DNA of 64,000 nucleotides from Actinomycetes bacterium (GTDB lineage Bacteria; Actinomycetota; Coriobacteriia; Coriobacteriales; UBA8131): NCBI GenBank assembly GCA_009787085.1, contig WRGR01000044.1, positions 81,017 to 145,016 of the forward strand, read 5' to 3'. Shown piece by piece: positions 17,524 to 27,462 of this stretch (position 1 is its first letter; each line of letters starts with the position of its first letter). The notes under the pieces were generated by a model. It saw only the letters and a program-made list of their open reading frames with translations, ran no database searches and was not told where the DNA came from. The position numbers and the translations under genes were made by a program.

Positions 17524-18374
17524 ACAGGCTGAGTTTCACCTACCACAGCCACTCCACTGATCGCTGGGCCTTGAGAGACTTGAGCCTAACGATCAAAAGT
17601 GGGGATTTTTGGGGCATCATCGGCCATAGCGGCTCCGGCAAATCGACATTGCTGCAACTGCTGGCTGGCCTGATCCAGCCGAGCAGCGGCACACTGTGCT
17701 TGGACGGCGAGAGCTTGCAAAGCCCGAAGCTGAGGTCGAAGTTGTTTGCCCGCATCGGCATCGCCTTCCAATACCCAGAGCAACAGCTCTTTGCTCCCAC
17801 CGTTGGCGAAGACATCGGCTTTGCTGCCCGCAATGCCGGCCTCAGTGCTACAGACTGCGACCAGCGGGTGCGCCAGGCGATGGCCAAGCTGAACCTAGAC
17901 TACCAACGTTACGCCACCCGCTCGCCCTTCGAGCTTTCCGGAGGTGAGCAGCGTCGCGTGGCCTTGGCCGGTATCTTGGTGCTGCAGCCCGAACTGCTGA
18001 TCTTGGATGAGCCGACCGCCGGCCTTGACCCTGCTGGCCGGGAACACCTGATGGACGTAATCCACGATTTGCACTCTGGCGGCTGCAGCGTGGTGATGGC
18101 CTCGCACTCCATGGAAGACATCGCCAAGCTGGCCAACCGGGTACTGGTGTTGGTGGAAGGCCGACCGTTCCTCCAAGGCAGCCCGGCCGAGGTCTTTCGC
18201 CATGCCGATGAGCTTCGTACCCACAACCTCGGCGTACCGGATTCTGAAAGCTTTGCGGCCGAGTTGCGTGGCTTGGGACTGCCGCTGCCGCCCTCCCTGT
18301 TGACTCTGAATGCCTTGGCCGACGCGCTGGCCGAGCTGTTGTCCGAGCAGAAGCAGTCGGAGAAAAATATATGA
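17508..18374 (+). CDS. ecfA2: ECF transporter ATPase subunit
   Basis: 288 aa with GHSGSGKST, LSGGEQRR and LILDEP. Overlaps ecfA1 by 16 nt. Confidence 0.9.
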   Translation: MQLVLDRLSFTYHSHSTDRWALRDLSLTIKSGDFWGIIGHSGSGKSTLLQLLAGLIQPSSGTLCLDGESLQSPKLRSKLFARIGIAFQYPEQQLFAPTVGEDIGFAARNAGLSATDCDQRVRQAMAKLNLDYQRYATRSPFELSGGEQRRVALAGILVLQPELLILDEPTAGLDPAGREHLMDVIHDLHSGGCSVVMASHSMEDIAKLANRVLVLVEGRPFLQGSPAEVFRHADELRTHNLGVPDSESFAAELRGLGLPLPPSLLTLNALADALAELLSEQKQSEKNI

Positions 18375-19171
18375 CTGAGAATACATTCAGCTACTATTGG
18401 CACGGTAGTTCCTTGATCCACCGGATTGACCCGCGAGCCAAGCTGATTGCGATGGCCTTGCTGATTGCCGCAATGTTCAGCTCCAACAGCTTTTGGGGCT
18501 TGGCGCTGTTGGCTGCCTTCGACCTAGCGCTCTGGCTGCTGTCTAGAATCCCAGCGGCGGTGGCTTGGCGTAACGTTTGGCCGTTGCTGATCTTGGCTCT
18601 GCTGCCGCTGCTTTTCAACCTCTTTTTTATTTCCGGGGGCAACGAGCTTTGGCATGCCGGCCCTCTGCTCATCACCGATGCTGGCGTTTACCAAGCCTGT
18701 TACATGTCACTGCGACTGTTTTTGATGTTCACGGTGGCCTTGTTGCTGCCTTTGACCAGCACACCGCTGGCACTGGCCCAAGCTATTGGCCGTTTCTTGC
18801 GGCCGCTGGAGCGCCTGCGTGTCCCAGCCTACGAGATATCACTGATGGTGGGGATCGCCCTGCGCTTCATCCCGGACATCGCTGCCTCCTTCAACCAAGT
18901 TCGCCGTGCCCAGGCTGCCCGGGGTGCCAATATCGGCCGTGGCCGCAGCATCGAGCGGCTGCGCGCCTTGGCCGCCTGCCTGATCCCTTTGTTCTCGCAG
19001 GTCTTCCGGCACGCTGAGGCGTTGGCGCTGGCCATGGAGAGCCGTTGTTACCATGGCGGCAGCCAGCGCAGCTACTATCGCCAAACGCGCATCGGCTCTA
19101 GCGATGTGCTGGCACTAGCCGTCTGCCTTTTGCTTTTGGGAGCTGTAGTGACAATCAGGGTCGTTTGCTAA
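18371..19171 (+). CDS. ecfT: ECF transporter transmembrane (T) component
   Basis: 266-aa polytopic protein starting IHRIDPRAKL, with ARGA/RALA coupling-helix-like motifs. Overlaps ecfA2 by 4 nt. Confidence 0.9.
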   Translation: MTENTFSYYWHGSSLIHRIDPRAKLIAMALLIAAMFSSNSFWGLALLAAFDLALWLLSRIPAAVAWRNVWPLLILALLPLLFNLFFISGGNELWHAGPLLITDAGVYQACYMSLRLFLMFTVALLLPLTSTPLALAQAIGRFLRPLERLRVPAYEISLMVGIALRFIPDIAASFNQVRRAQAARGANIGRGRSIERLRALAACLIPLFSQVFRHAEALALAMESRCYHGGSQRSYYRQTRIGSSDVLALAVCLLLLGAVVTIRVVC

Positions 19172-19180
19172 GGAAGCCTG

Positions 19181-19306
19181 ATGGACTCCACCCTAGGCCG
19201 TTGGGGAAGGAACCTGATCAACAAGCGCTACCCGGGGTGCCGCTTGAACAACCTCGATTATCTACTGGGAGTCAGTGATTTGACCCGGCAAGGCCACCGA
19301 GACCGT
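19181..19306 (+). pseudogene. possible internal fragment of a HipA-family toxin gene
   Basis: Short reading frame MDSTLGRWGRNLINKRYPGCRLNNLDYLLGVSDLTRQG. From memory it resembles two HipA N-terminal blocks (D-x-LPD-WGR-x-L, and LDYLL-x-V-x-D-x-R-x-GALRF). It is truncated on both sides. Confidence 0.3.
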
Positions 19307-19885
19307 TCAGCGGTAAAGACGCTTCTTAGTCGGCTTGATGCCTAGGTCGGCCATCGTCTCACCAAGGAACTGACGTAGTTGCTGAGCCGACTGGTAATAG
19401 AGGGGCAAACGGGCGTCTTCTGCCAACAGGTCCAAATAACGGGGTGCCCAGGGCATCAGGTGCTCAGACAAAAACTCGCCCAGCAACTCCGACTGCTCTT
19501 CTGCCAGCCAAGCCATCAAAAGCAGCATCTTGCCGATCTGATCCTCCGGCTCTTTTTTACCGTCATGAACCGCTATGCCATGCTGGCGCAACCAAGCCCG
19601 TAGCTCAATGGTCGACGACCCGAAAACCACTTGGTCCTTATCCAGATAGACCGAGCCCCAAGGCGGGGCATGCAAACGTTCCGGGCCGATGAACAGGCGC
19701 TGGTACTCTTGGCGCAGGTTTCTGGGAGGGCCGGGGAAGCCGCCAGTTGGCGCTTCCCCGCCGTCTCCCAAAAACTCGATCATCTTGGCGCACAGCGGCT
19801 CATCAGGCGAGCTGGAGAGCAAGGTGCCGTAAAGTCGCCCGATGAAGGCGACCTCGGCCAGCAACTCTGAGCGTGCGTCTGCCAA
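19307..19885 (-). CDS. TorD/DmsD-family redox-enzyme maturation chaperone
   Basis: 192 aa with EYQRLFIGP and PPWGSVY motifs of the family. Lies directly downstream of dmsB. Confidence 0.8.
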   Translation of the reverse strand: MADARSELLAEVAFIGRLYGTLLSSSPDEPLCAKMIEFLGDGGEAPTGGFPGPPRNLRQEYQRLFIGPERLHAPPWGSVYLDKDQVVFGSSTIELRAWLRQHGIAVHDGKKEPEDQIGKMLLLMAWLAEEQSELLGEFLSEHLMPWAPRYLDLLAEDARLPLYYQSAQQLRQFLGETMADLGIKPTKKRLYR

Positions 19886-19890
19886 CGCCC

Positions 19891-20508
19891 TTACTGAACC
19901 TCAGTGGGGTTGGCCACAAAGCCTGTGCTGTCACCAGCCGGCTTGGCCGCCGGAGCCATCTTGACCACCAGGTTCGGCTTGGTCTTGGACGGGTCGGCCA
20001 GCGGCGCAATCGAAGCTGTATCGCCGTATTTGGCACGCAGGCTATCGATCGTGTCAAACTCCAACACCCTGAGCGGGCAGGCCTCAACACAGATCGGCTT
20101 CAAACCGGCCTCCACCCGCAAGCGGCAACCGTCACATTTCACGCCCTTTTTAGCCTCTTCGTCAAACTTAGGAGTGGAATAAGGGCAGGCGCTCACACAG
20201 TTACGGGCACCAATGCAGGTTTCGGGGTCGATGTAAACCAGCCCGTTATCGTCTTTGCTGATGGCACCAGAGGGGCAGCCCGCCGAACAGGCCGGCAGCT
20301 CGCAGTGGTTGCAGGCTTTGGAGACGTGGTAGGAGAAGACATTTTGGCTGTAGGCGCTGCCGCTGGCCTTAAACTCCCCGCCTTCATAGTCGTAGACCAC
20401 CCTCAGGGCGATACCCGGGCCAAGGTCTTTGTAGTCTTTGCAAGCCAGCTCACAGGTCTTGCAACCAGTGCAACGGGAGCTGTCAAAATAGAATCCATAC
20501 TGTGGCAT
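19891..20508 (-). CDS. dmsB: DMSO-reductase-family 4x[4Fe-4S] electron-transfer subunit
   Basis: 205 aa starting MPQYGFYFDSSRCTGCKTCELACKD, with three further Cys clusters. Confidence 0.9.
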   Translation of the reverse strand: MPQYGFYFDSSRCTGCKTCELACKDYKDLGPGIALRVVYDYEGGEFKASGSAYSQNVFSYHVSKACNHCELPACSAGCPSGAISKDDNGLVYIDPETCIGARNCVSACPYSTPKFDEEAKKGVKCDGCRLRVEAGLKPICVEACPLRVLEFDTIDSLRAKYGDTASIAPLADPSKTKPNLVVKMAPAAKPAGDSTGFVANPTEVQ

Positions 20509-20517
20509 GTTTACTCC

Positions 20518-22950
20518 TTATACCTTCGCGACTTCAACGATCATCGAGTGAGCTGGCCCGTTGCCCTTGGCCAACGGAGTCGGACGGTACGCAGTCAGCG
20601 TGTTCACACAGCCGCCCTTGTCCACTTTGTCGCCAGCCATATCGGCATTGTGCCAAGCACCTTGGGGGATGGCGATGGTACCGGGGATAACACGAGAGGT
20701 GACCCGGGCGGCCACATGGATCTCCCCATGCGGACTTTTCACCGAGCAGGCGTCGCCGGATTTTATACCCCGAGGGTCGGCATCGATCGGGTTTACCCAA
20801 ATCTCGTGCCGGGCGGCTTGTTGTAAAAGATCAAGAAAGCCGAAGGATGAGTGCGTACGGGCTTTGTGGTGGTAGCCGCAAGCATACAGCGGGTACTTCT
20901 TAGTCGTCGATCCGTAGCCGTAGAAGCCGGGAGTGAACAACGGCAAGGGGTTGATGGCCTCGCCTTCTGCCAGCTGCCACTGCTCGGCCAGCTTGGCCAG
21001 TTGCTCGGAATAGATCTCGATCTTGCCCGAAGGCGTTTTTAACGGATTGGCCGCAGGGTCGTCACGGAAGTCCTTTAGGCCGCAGGCCGGCTCCAAGGTT
21101 TTTTTGTAGACGCCCTGCTCCTTCATCTTGTCGAAAGCAGGCAGGTCAACAGCATCCTTGGCACCCTCCTCATAGAGGTACTGCACCCAGTCGTCGTGGC
21201 TGCGGCCTTCGGTGAACTTCTCTTTGACACCCAGCTTGTCGGCGATGTCGGCCATAACGTCATAGCTCGAGCGGCACTCGAAAGGCGGCTCTTGGGCAGG
21301 GGTGCCGAGCAGCACTCCGGTGTAGTACTCGGAGTAACCTTGGTTGGTCAGGTTCATCTGCTCGGAGCGCATGGCATCGGGCAGCAGGATGTCGGCGTAC
21401 TTCGCAGAATCGGTCATCACCGTGTCCCAGACCAAGATGAACTCGCACTTGCTCTCGTCGGCCAGAATATCATGGGTCTGGTTGATGTCGCCGTGCTGGT
21501 TGGTCAGACAGTTGCCAGCATAGCACCAGATGAACTTGATGTCCGAGTCCAGCTTGTCGCCGCCTTTGATGCCGGCGTTGGTGGCCGTCATCTGTTTGCC
21601 ATGGTCTACCGCGTTCAACCACTGATAGACCGGAATGGTCACCTTGACGCCGTTGTCGCCGGCCGGCAAACTGCCAGTGAGATAGGTCGGCGGCTCGGCC
21701 TCGCGCTGGCCGGTGTTGGTGCCTGGCAGGCCGATCTTGCCGATCAGGCAGGGCAGAACACAGATCGCCCGTGCGGTGTCCTCGCCGTTGGTATGGCGCT
21801 GCGGGCCCCAGCCCTGACAGATAAAGGGGGCTTTGGCGGCGGCGATCTCACTTGCCAGCTTCTTGATACGGCTCTCCGGAATCTGCGTGATCTCAGATGC
21901 CCACTTCGCGGTCTTGGCCTGCTTGTCGTAGCCGCTGCCCATCACGTAATCGTGGTAGGACTTGTTGCTGCCTTTGGCCGAAGCCGGCAGAGTCTGTTCG
22001 TCATAGCCCACGCAGTATTTGTGGAGAAAATCCAAGTCAACTTGGTTGTTAGTAATCCACTCGTGGGCCAAGGCAGCAACCAGCGCCGCGTCAGTGCCAG
22101 GACGGATCGGCAGCCATTCGTCAGTGCTGCCCGAAGCCGACTCGTTTAGCCTAAAGTCGATGTTGATGATCTTGCCGCCCCGGCCAACAACCGCCTCGCG
22201 CACTCGGGCGAAGTCCCAAGTGGCGTTGGCACCGCCCATCCGGGTTTCCGCCGGGCTGTTCCCGAACATCACGATCAAGTCGGAATGGGCCGCCGCCTCA
22301 GAAAACGATGAGGCATAGACGTTGTCATAGGGTGAGAAATCATCGCCATAGAAATAGGGCATGGCGGCGCTGAGCATGTTGGTGGAATAGTCGTAATGGT
22401 AGGCCAGATAGCCGCCGAGGCAGTTCAGCAAACGTGCTGACGGGTTGCCAGTGGCCGAATACATGCCGGTAGCGTAAATTTTGTGGATGGCCTGGTTGCC
22501 ATAGGTCTCGATTGTGTACTTAAGTTTGTCGGCAATGGTCTGGATGGCCTCATCCCAAGAGATCTGCTCGAATTTGCCCTCACCCCGCTTGCCAACCCGC
22601 TTCATCGGATATTTTAAGCGGTCAGGATGGTTGATCCAGCGCCGCATACTGCGACCGCGCAAGCAAGCACGAGCCTGTAGCGCTGTATCGCCGGTGTTAT
22701 CGGCCTCCATGTAGGCGATGGCACCATCCTTGACCCGCCAGCGGTAGGCACAGTTGCCACCGCAGTTGACGTTACAGGCGCTCCAGACAACGGCCTCGAC
22801 CGCTTCTTTGGCGTTTGAGTCGCCTTGTGACTTCGGGGAACAGCCGAACATCGTCCCCAAAGACACGCCTCCTGTCGTGGCCAGCAAGGCCAAGCCACTG
22901 GTCTTGCAAAAAGTCCGCCGCGACAGCTTGTTCGGAACTACACTCTCCAC
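20518..22950 (-). CDS. dmsA: DMSO-reductase-family molybdopterin catalytic subunit with a Tat signal
   Basis: 810 aa, GTG start after GAAAGGAG. Twin-arginine SRRTFCK, h-region, then a possible lipobox TMFGC. Blocks RACLRGRSMRRW..PDRLKYPMKRVGKRGEGKF and YCVGYDEQTLPASA closely track E. coli DmsA/YnfE as I recall them. Confidence 0.9.
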   Translation of the reverse strand: MESVVPNKLSRRTFCKTSGLALLATTGGVSLGTMFGCSPKSQGDSNAKEAVEAVVWSACNVNCGGNCAYRWRVKDGAIAYMEADNTGDTALQARACLRGRSMRRWINHPDRLKYPMKRVGKRGEGKFEQISWDEAIQTIADKLKYTIETYGNQAIHKIYATGMYSATGNPSARLLNCLGGYLAYHYDYSTNMLSAAMPYFYGDDFSPYDNVYASSFSEAAAHSDLIVMFGNSPAETRMGGANATWDFARVREAVVGRGGKIINIDFRLNESASGSTDEWLPIRPGTDAALVAALAHEWITNNQVDLDFLHKYCVGYDEQTLPASAKGSNKSYHDYVMGSGYDKQAKTAKWASEITQIPESRIKKLASEIAAAKAPFICQGWGPQRHTNGEDTARAICVLPCLIGKIGLPGTNTGQREAEPPTYLTGSLPAGDNGVKVTIPVYQWLNAVDHGKQMTATNAGIKGGDKLDSDIKFIWCYAGNCLTNQHGDINQTHDILADESKCEFILVWDTVMTDSAKYADILLPDAMRSEQMNLTNQGYSEYYTGVLLGTPAQEPPFECRSSYDVMADIADKLGVKEKFTEGRSHDDWVQYLYEEGAKDAVDLPAFDKMKEQGVYKKTLEPACGLKDFRDDPAANPLKTPSGKIEIYSEQLAKLAEQWQLAEGEAINPLPLFTPGFYGYGSTTKKYPLYACGYHHKARTHSSFGFLDLLQQAARHEIWVNPIDADPRGIKSGDACSVKSPHGEIHVAARVTSRVIPGTIAIPQGAWHNADMAGDKVDKGGCVNTLTAYRPTPLAKGNGPAHSMIVEVAKV

Positions 22951-23460
22951 ATTCCTCTCCTTTCTTCTGAATAACTAACGACGCATCTTTTGCCTTTCGG
23001 CATACATCAAACTGCGTCTCTGGCTTCCGCGATAAACGGCACGAGACCACGCCTGTAGCTAAAACCCCCGTAATACCCGAGTCGCTCGCATCGGCCGTCG
23101 ATAAGAAGAAGCAGAGTTCAGTTGACTTCCCATTATTATAATATTAGATAATGCACTACGCCATTTGTAACAATTCTGTTCAGTCACTCACCGGTTCCGG
23201 CATTGTCGCCACGGGCTTTCCTCAAGAAGTTCGATTCTACATAATTCAAAAAATGGCAAAATAGCAAGAGCAGGTAGCGAGGGGAATAGGCAGGAGCACA
23301 AAGGGGCAGATGTCTTGTGTTCAAGCAGACCGTTGATTGAGCTGTTGGTCGAAGTAGACAAGGAAATCAGCGATGGAGACACCGACCAATTCAACTCCTG
23401 GAATCATTCAAGGCTTCAAAAGGAGACAGGTATTTGATTATAGGGTATCCAAGGAACGTA

Positions 23461-24828
23461 CTATGATTCCAACTCTTCAAATTTTTCCATCATCGTTCGG
23501 TTGCCGCGAGTCAATCTTTTTATGGTTAAATCTTCGGCTTTATTATTGGCCAAACGCAAATTATTTTCAGAAGATAGCAATGCGTCTTTGGTTTTTTGCA
23601 GATGGTCGATAGTCTTGTCGATCTCGTCAATCGCTGTTTTGAACCTTCGGCTCGCAAGCTCATAATTTCGCGCAAAGCCCTCTTTGAACTGGTTGATCTT
23701 ATCTTCAAAGTTCGTGATATCAATGTTTTGGTTTCTCGCTAACGCTAATTCCTTCCTGTACTCCAGTGAGTTGAAAGCGGCGTTGCGGAGCAGCCCTATA
23801 ATGGGCAAGAAGAACTGCGGACGAATCACAAACATTTTGGGATATTCATAGGAAACATCTACAATTCCACCATTATAAAGTTCGTTATCAGCCTCAAGCA
23901 ACGAAACGAGCACAGCATACTCACAATTCTTTTCTCGCCGGTCTTTGTCCAGCTCTTTAAAAAAATCCTCGTTCTTGTGTTTTGTGGCTGTAGTATCGTT
24001 CTCATTCTTCATCTCAAACATGATCGATATAATCTCACTGCCATCAGCATCATTTTCGCTATAGATGAAATCACCCTTACTTCCAGAGCTTGCATCGTTA
24101 TCCTTCTTAAACTCGGCATTTGGAAAGCTCATGGCGCGAATACGGTTGAATTCAACTTGGCAGTGCTGCTCCAAAGTTTCACCGACCATTTTCGTCGACA
24201 GCTTAGACTTCATGTCCTTCAGACGCTCAATCGTATCGTCACGATCTTTGATTTGGATTTCGTATTTTTCTTTTAGCGAAGTTTCGATAAGCTTTTTTTC
24301 GGATTCTTCACTTGCCAATTTAACACGTAGTCCATCACGTTCTTTCTCGGCCTTGCTGATGGCTTCGCTCAAGGCTAGCTTTTTCTCAGTTTCTGCAGAT
24401 TCGAGCTTGGATTTTAGTACGGCAACTTCCCTTTCCTTCTCCGCCTTGATTTTTAACTCGACCTGATCCTTCTCTGCTTTTAGCTCTAGTAGTTCGGAAT
24501 CTTTTTTCGCCAGCTCACCTTGCAATGAATTCCTGACTTGCTCTTCCGCGAGCTTAATGGCTGTACGCTTATCGCTTTCCAGCGAACCCAATTTCGTCTT
24601 GAGTTCCGTGAGCTCGCTGTCTTTCTCTGCGATTTCTGCTTGCAACGCATTCTTCACGTTGGCCTCGGCCAGCTTGATAGCACTTTCTTTTTCAGACTTC
24701 AGCAGGTTTTCCTGTTTTTGCACATCACTGTGAAATTCGGCATCTCGTACTTGTCTCACGATATCCGCATAACCAGCCTCATCTATCTTGAATTTCTCGC
24801 CACATTTGGGACATTTGATCTCGTTCAT
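23461..24828 (-). CDS. DUF2130-like protein: Zn-ribbon, long coiled coil, possible PD-(D/E)xK-like C-terminal domain
   Basis: 455 aa starting MNEIKCPKCGEKFKIDEAGYADIVRQVRD, with internally repeated coiled-coil segments, then GDFIY..SIMFEMKN. The gene and its flanks are markedly AT-rich. Confidence 0.7.
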   Translation of the reverse strand: MNEIKCPKCGEKFKIDEAGYADIVRQVRDAEFHSDVQKQENLLKSEKESAIKLAEANVKNALQAEIAEKDSELTELKTKLGSLESDKRTAIKLAEEQVRNSLQGELAKKDSELLELKAEKDQVELKIKAEKEREVAVLKSKLESAETEKKLALSEAISKAEKERDGLRVKLASEESEKKLIETSLKEKYEIQIKDRDDTIERLKDMKSKLSTKMVGETLEQHCQVEFNRIRAMSFPNAEFKKDNDASSGSKGDFIYSENDADGSEIISIMFEMKNENDTTATKHKNEDFFKELDKDRREKNCEYAVLVSLLEADNELYNGGIVDVSYEYPKMFVIRPQFFLPIIGLLRNAAFNSLEYRKELALARNQNIDITNFEDKINQFKEGFARNYELASRRFKTAIDEIDKTIDHLQKTKDALLSSENNLRLANNKAEDLTIKRLTRGNRTMMEKFEELES

Positions 24829-24934
24829 AAGACTGCCTCCGGCCCAGTTTCCCTCTTATCGCAATCCGGTCGCGCCACTCTGGAGAATTATACATTAGTA
24901 ATGTGAAAACACGTTGATTTACGTAGCAGCATCA

Positions 24935-25009
24935 TGGTGGGCGTTACTGGGTTTGAACCAGTGACCTCTTCCGTGTGAAGGAAGCGCGCTCCCACTGCGC
25001 CAAACGCCC
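24935..25009 (-). tRNA. tRNA-Val (anticodon CAC), CCA encoded
   Basis: Reverse complement reads GGGCGTT T GGCGCAGTGGGAGCGCGC CTTCC-TTCACAC-GGAAG AGGTC ACTGG-TTCAAAC-CCAGT AACGCCC A CCA. All four stems pair. Confidence 0.9.
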
Positions 25010-25194
25010 ATCTAGCATTAGGCTATTGTAGCGGTGTGGCCAGTAAAGTGCAAACGGAAGTTGGATCTTTGGCAGCATTTGTATTCGGCTTGTGACTTGC
25101 ACAAGTTTTGGGCCAGCGGGGTTCATCTTAGGGAAACACCGAATTAATCATGTCACGCTATCTTGCGAGCAGGGCCGCCCCAAGCCCGCCCAGC

Positions 25195-27462
25195 TCAGTA
25201 CTTTCCCCGCTTCTTGGAGCGCACCCGCTTCGGAACCGCCTTGCGGGCGGTCTTGCGTAGCCGCTCTAGAGCCGCTTTCTCGTCTGAGCCCTCAATGCGG
25301 GCCCGCAGCCGCACGGCTTGGTCGCGCAGACGGGCAGCCTGCTCGAAGTCCATGTTCTCGGCTGCTGCTGCCATCTCGTCTTCCATGGAGGAGATGATTC
25401 GCATCACTTCCTCTCTGTCCAAGCCGGAAAGCTCGTCAATCAGCAGCTCGGAGGCATCTGCAACATCGCCCTCCGCCTCCACGTAACGCATGATGTCGTT
25501 GATGGCCTTGCGGATGGTTTGCGGCTCGATGCCGTGCTCCAAGTTGAAAGCCATCTGCAGGCTGCGCCGCCGTTGGGTCTCTTCCAGTGCCGCCCGCATC
25601 GATTCAGTCAGCTTGTCGGCATACATGATCACTTGCCCGGAGATGTTGCGAGCTGCCCGGCCGATGGTCTGGATCAACGACCGGCGGTTACGCAAAAAGC
25701 CCTCTTTGTCGGCATCCAGAATGGCCACCAGTGACACCTCGGGCAAATCAAGCCCTTCACGCAGCAAATTGATGCCCACCAAAACATCGAACTCCCCACA
25801 GCGCAAATCTCGCAGGATCTCCACCCGCTCCAAAGTGCCGATGTCGGAATGCATGTAGCGAGCCTTGATGCCTTGGTCGAGCAGATGCTCAGAAAGGTCC
25901 TCGGCCATCTTCTTGGTCAGTGTGGTGATCAGGACGCGCTCGTTTTTCTCCACTCGTCCCTGTGCCTCGATGATGATGTCGTCGATCTGCCCCCGGCTAG
26001 GCTTGACGATGACCTCTGGGTCGAGAAGCCCGGTCGGTCGGATGATCTGCTCCACTGTAGCTTGGCTGATGCGTTCCTCGTAGTCACCGGGAGTGGCACT
26101 GACGTAAACGAACTGCGGCACTTTCTGCTCGAACTCGTCGAAGCGCAGCGGTCGGTTGTCCAAGGCGCTGGGTAACCGGAAACCATGTTCGGTAAGCGTT
26201 ACCTTGCGCGAGCGGTCACCCTCGTGCATCCCCCGAATCTGAGGTACGGTGACATGGCTCTCATCGATAATGCAGAGGAGGTCGTCGGGGAAATAGTCGA
26301 TCAGCGTGAAGGGCGGCTCACCAGGTGCCCGCCCGTCGAGATGGCGCGAGTAATTTTCGATGCCGCTGACAAAGCCCACGGTAGACAACATCTCGATATC
26401 GAAGCTAGTGCGCATTTCCAGGCGCTGTGCTTCAAGCAGCTTACCTGCCGTCTTGAATTCCGTGAGCCGCCCGACCAGTTCTTCTTGGATGGTTTTGATG
26501 GCGTGGTCAACCTTGGGCTTGGCTGTCACGTAGTGCGAGGCCGGCCAAATCGGCAAGGCATCAAAACTGCGCAGCACCTCGCCGGTCAGTGCATCGACCT
26601 CGCAGATCGACTCCAGCTCGTCGCCGAAGAACTCAATACGCAGCGGGTAGTCGGCATAAGGCGGAAAAACGTCCAGAGAGTCGCCACGAACACGAAAAGT
26701 GCCGCGCAGCACTTCGAAGTCGTTACGGTCATACTGGATGTCGATCAGCCCCCGGATCACCGCATCCCGTTCGACTTCCTGCTGTTTGTCTAAGAACACT
26801 GCCAAGCCGGCATAGTCGGATGGCGAGCCGATACCATAGATACAGCTGACCGAAGCCACTACCACAACATCTCGGCGCGAGAGCAGGGCCGCTGTGGCAG
26901 CGTGACGCAGCTTCTCCACCTCTTCATTGATGTCGGCGTCCTTCTCGATAAAGGTGTCGGAGGCCGGCACATAGGCTTCCGGCTGATAATAGTCGTAATA
27001 AGAGACAAAGTAGGCAACGGCGTTATCGGGGAAGAACTCCTTCAGCTCTGCTGCCAGCTGGGCAGCCAGCGTCTTATTCGGAGCCATCACCAAGGTCGGC
27101 TTCTGCACCGCCTCAATCAGCTTGGCCATGGTGAAGGTCTTGCCAGAGCCGGTCACCCCCAGCAGGGTCTGGTAGCGCAGCTTGTCGTTGATGCCTTTAG
27201 CCAGCGCGGCAATGGCACTGGGCTGGTCGCCAGCGGCATCAAAAGGGGCAACTACTCTGAACTCGCCGGCGGCCAGTCTGCCGACCTCCGGCTTGCCGGC
27301 CATCAGGCGACCGCTGGGATGACCCAACGGTGGCGATTGCCAGTTTGTGCTGCCAGCAGCCACTGCCGGGTCGGGTTCCGTTGCCAATTGTTCGCCCGTG
27401 CGGCTAGCAGCCGCTAGGTCGGGTTTTGGCATCGGTTGCCCGTCTTCACCAGAGTGCGCCAT
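25195..27462 (-). CDS. uvrB: excinuclease ABC subunit B, with a ~70-aa N-terminal extension
   Basis: 755 aa with [12 protein letters not shown] Walker A, DESH box, helicase C motifs and a C-terminal UVR domain ([12 protein letters not shown]). Confidence 0.95.
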   Translation of the reverse strand: MAHSGEDGQPMPKPDLAAASRTGEQLATEPDPAVAAGSTNWQSPPLGHPSGRLMAGKPEVGRLAAGEFRVVAPFDAAGDQPSAIAALAKGINDKLRYQTLLGVTGSGKTFTMAKLIEAVQKPTLVMAPNKTLAAQLAAELKEFFPDNAVAYFVSYYDYYQPEAYVPASDTFIEKDADINEEVEKLRHAATAALLSRRDVVVVASVSCIYGIGSPSDYAGLAVFLDKQQEVERDAVIRGLIDIQYDRNDFEVLRGTFRVRGDSLDVFPPYADYPLRIEFFGDELESICEVDALTGEVLRSFDALPIWPASHYVTAKPKVDHAIKTIQEELVGRLTEFKTAGKLLEAQRLEMRTSFDIEMLSTVGFVSGIENYSRHLDGRAPGEPPFTLIDYFPDDLLCIIDESHVTVPQIRGMHEGDRSRKVTLTEHGFRLPSALDNRPLRFDEFEQKVPQFVYVSATPGDYEERISQATVEQIIRPTGLLDPEVIVKPSRGQIDDIIIEAQGRVEKNERVLITTLTKKMAEDLSEHLLDQGIKARYMHSDIGTLERVEILRDLRCGEFDVLVGINLLREGLDLPEVSLVAILDADKEGFLRNRRSLIQTIGRAARNISGQVIMYADKLTESMRAALEETQRRRSLQMAFNLEHGIEPQTIRKAINDIMRYVEAEGDVADASELLIDELSGLDREEVMRIISSMEDEMAAAAENMDFEQAARLRDQAVRLRARIEGSDEKAALERLRKTARKAVPKRVRSKKRGKY

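Noticed and set aside
23225-23245. GTTCGATTC T-loop-like motifs at about 23229 and again at about 11205 (minus strand); considered as tRNA remnants or att sites for the AT-rich island.
   Set aside because: The flanking bases do not form T-stems or acceptor stems. They do not match the 3' half of the adjacent tRNA-Val, and the orientation is wrong for an att duplication.
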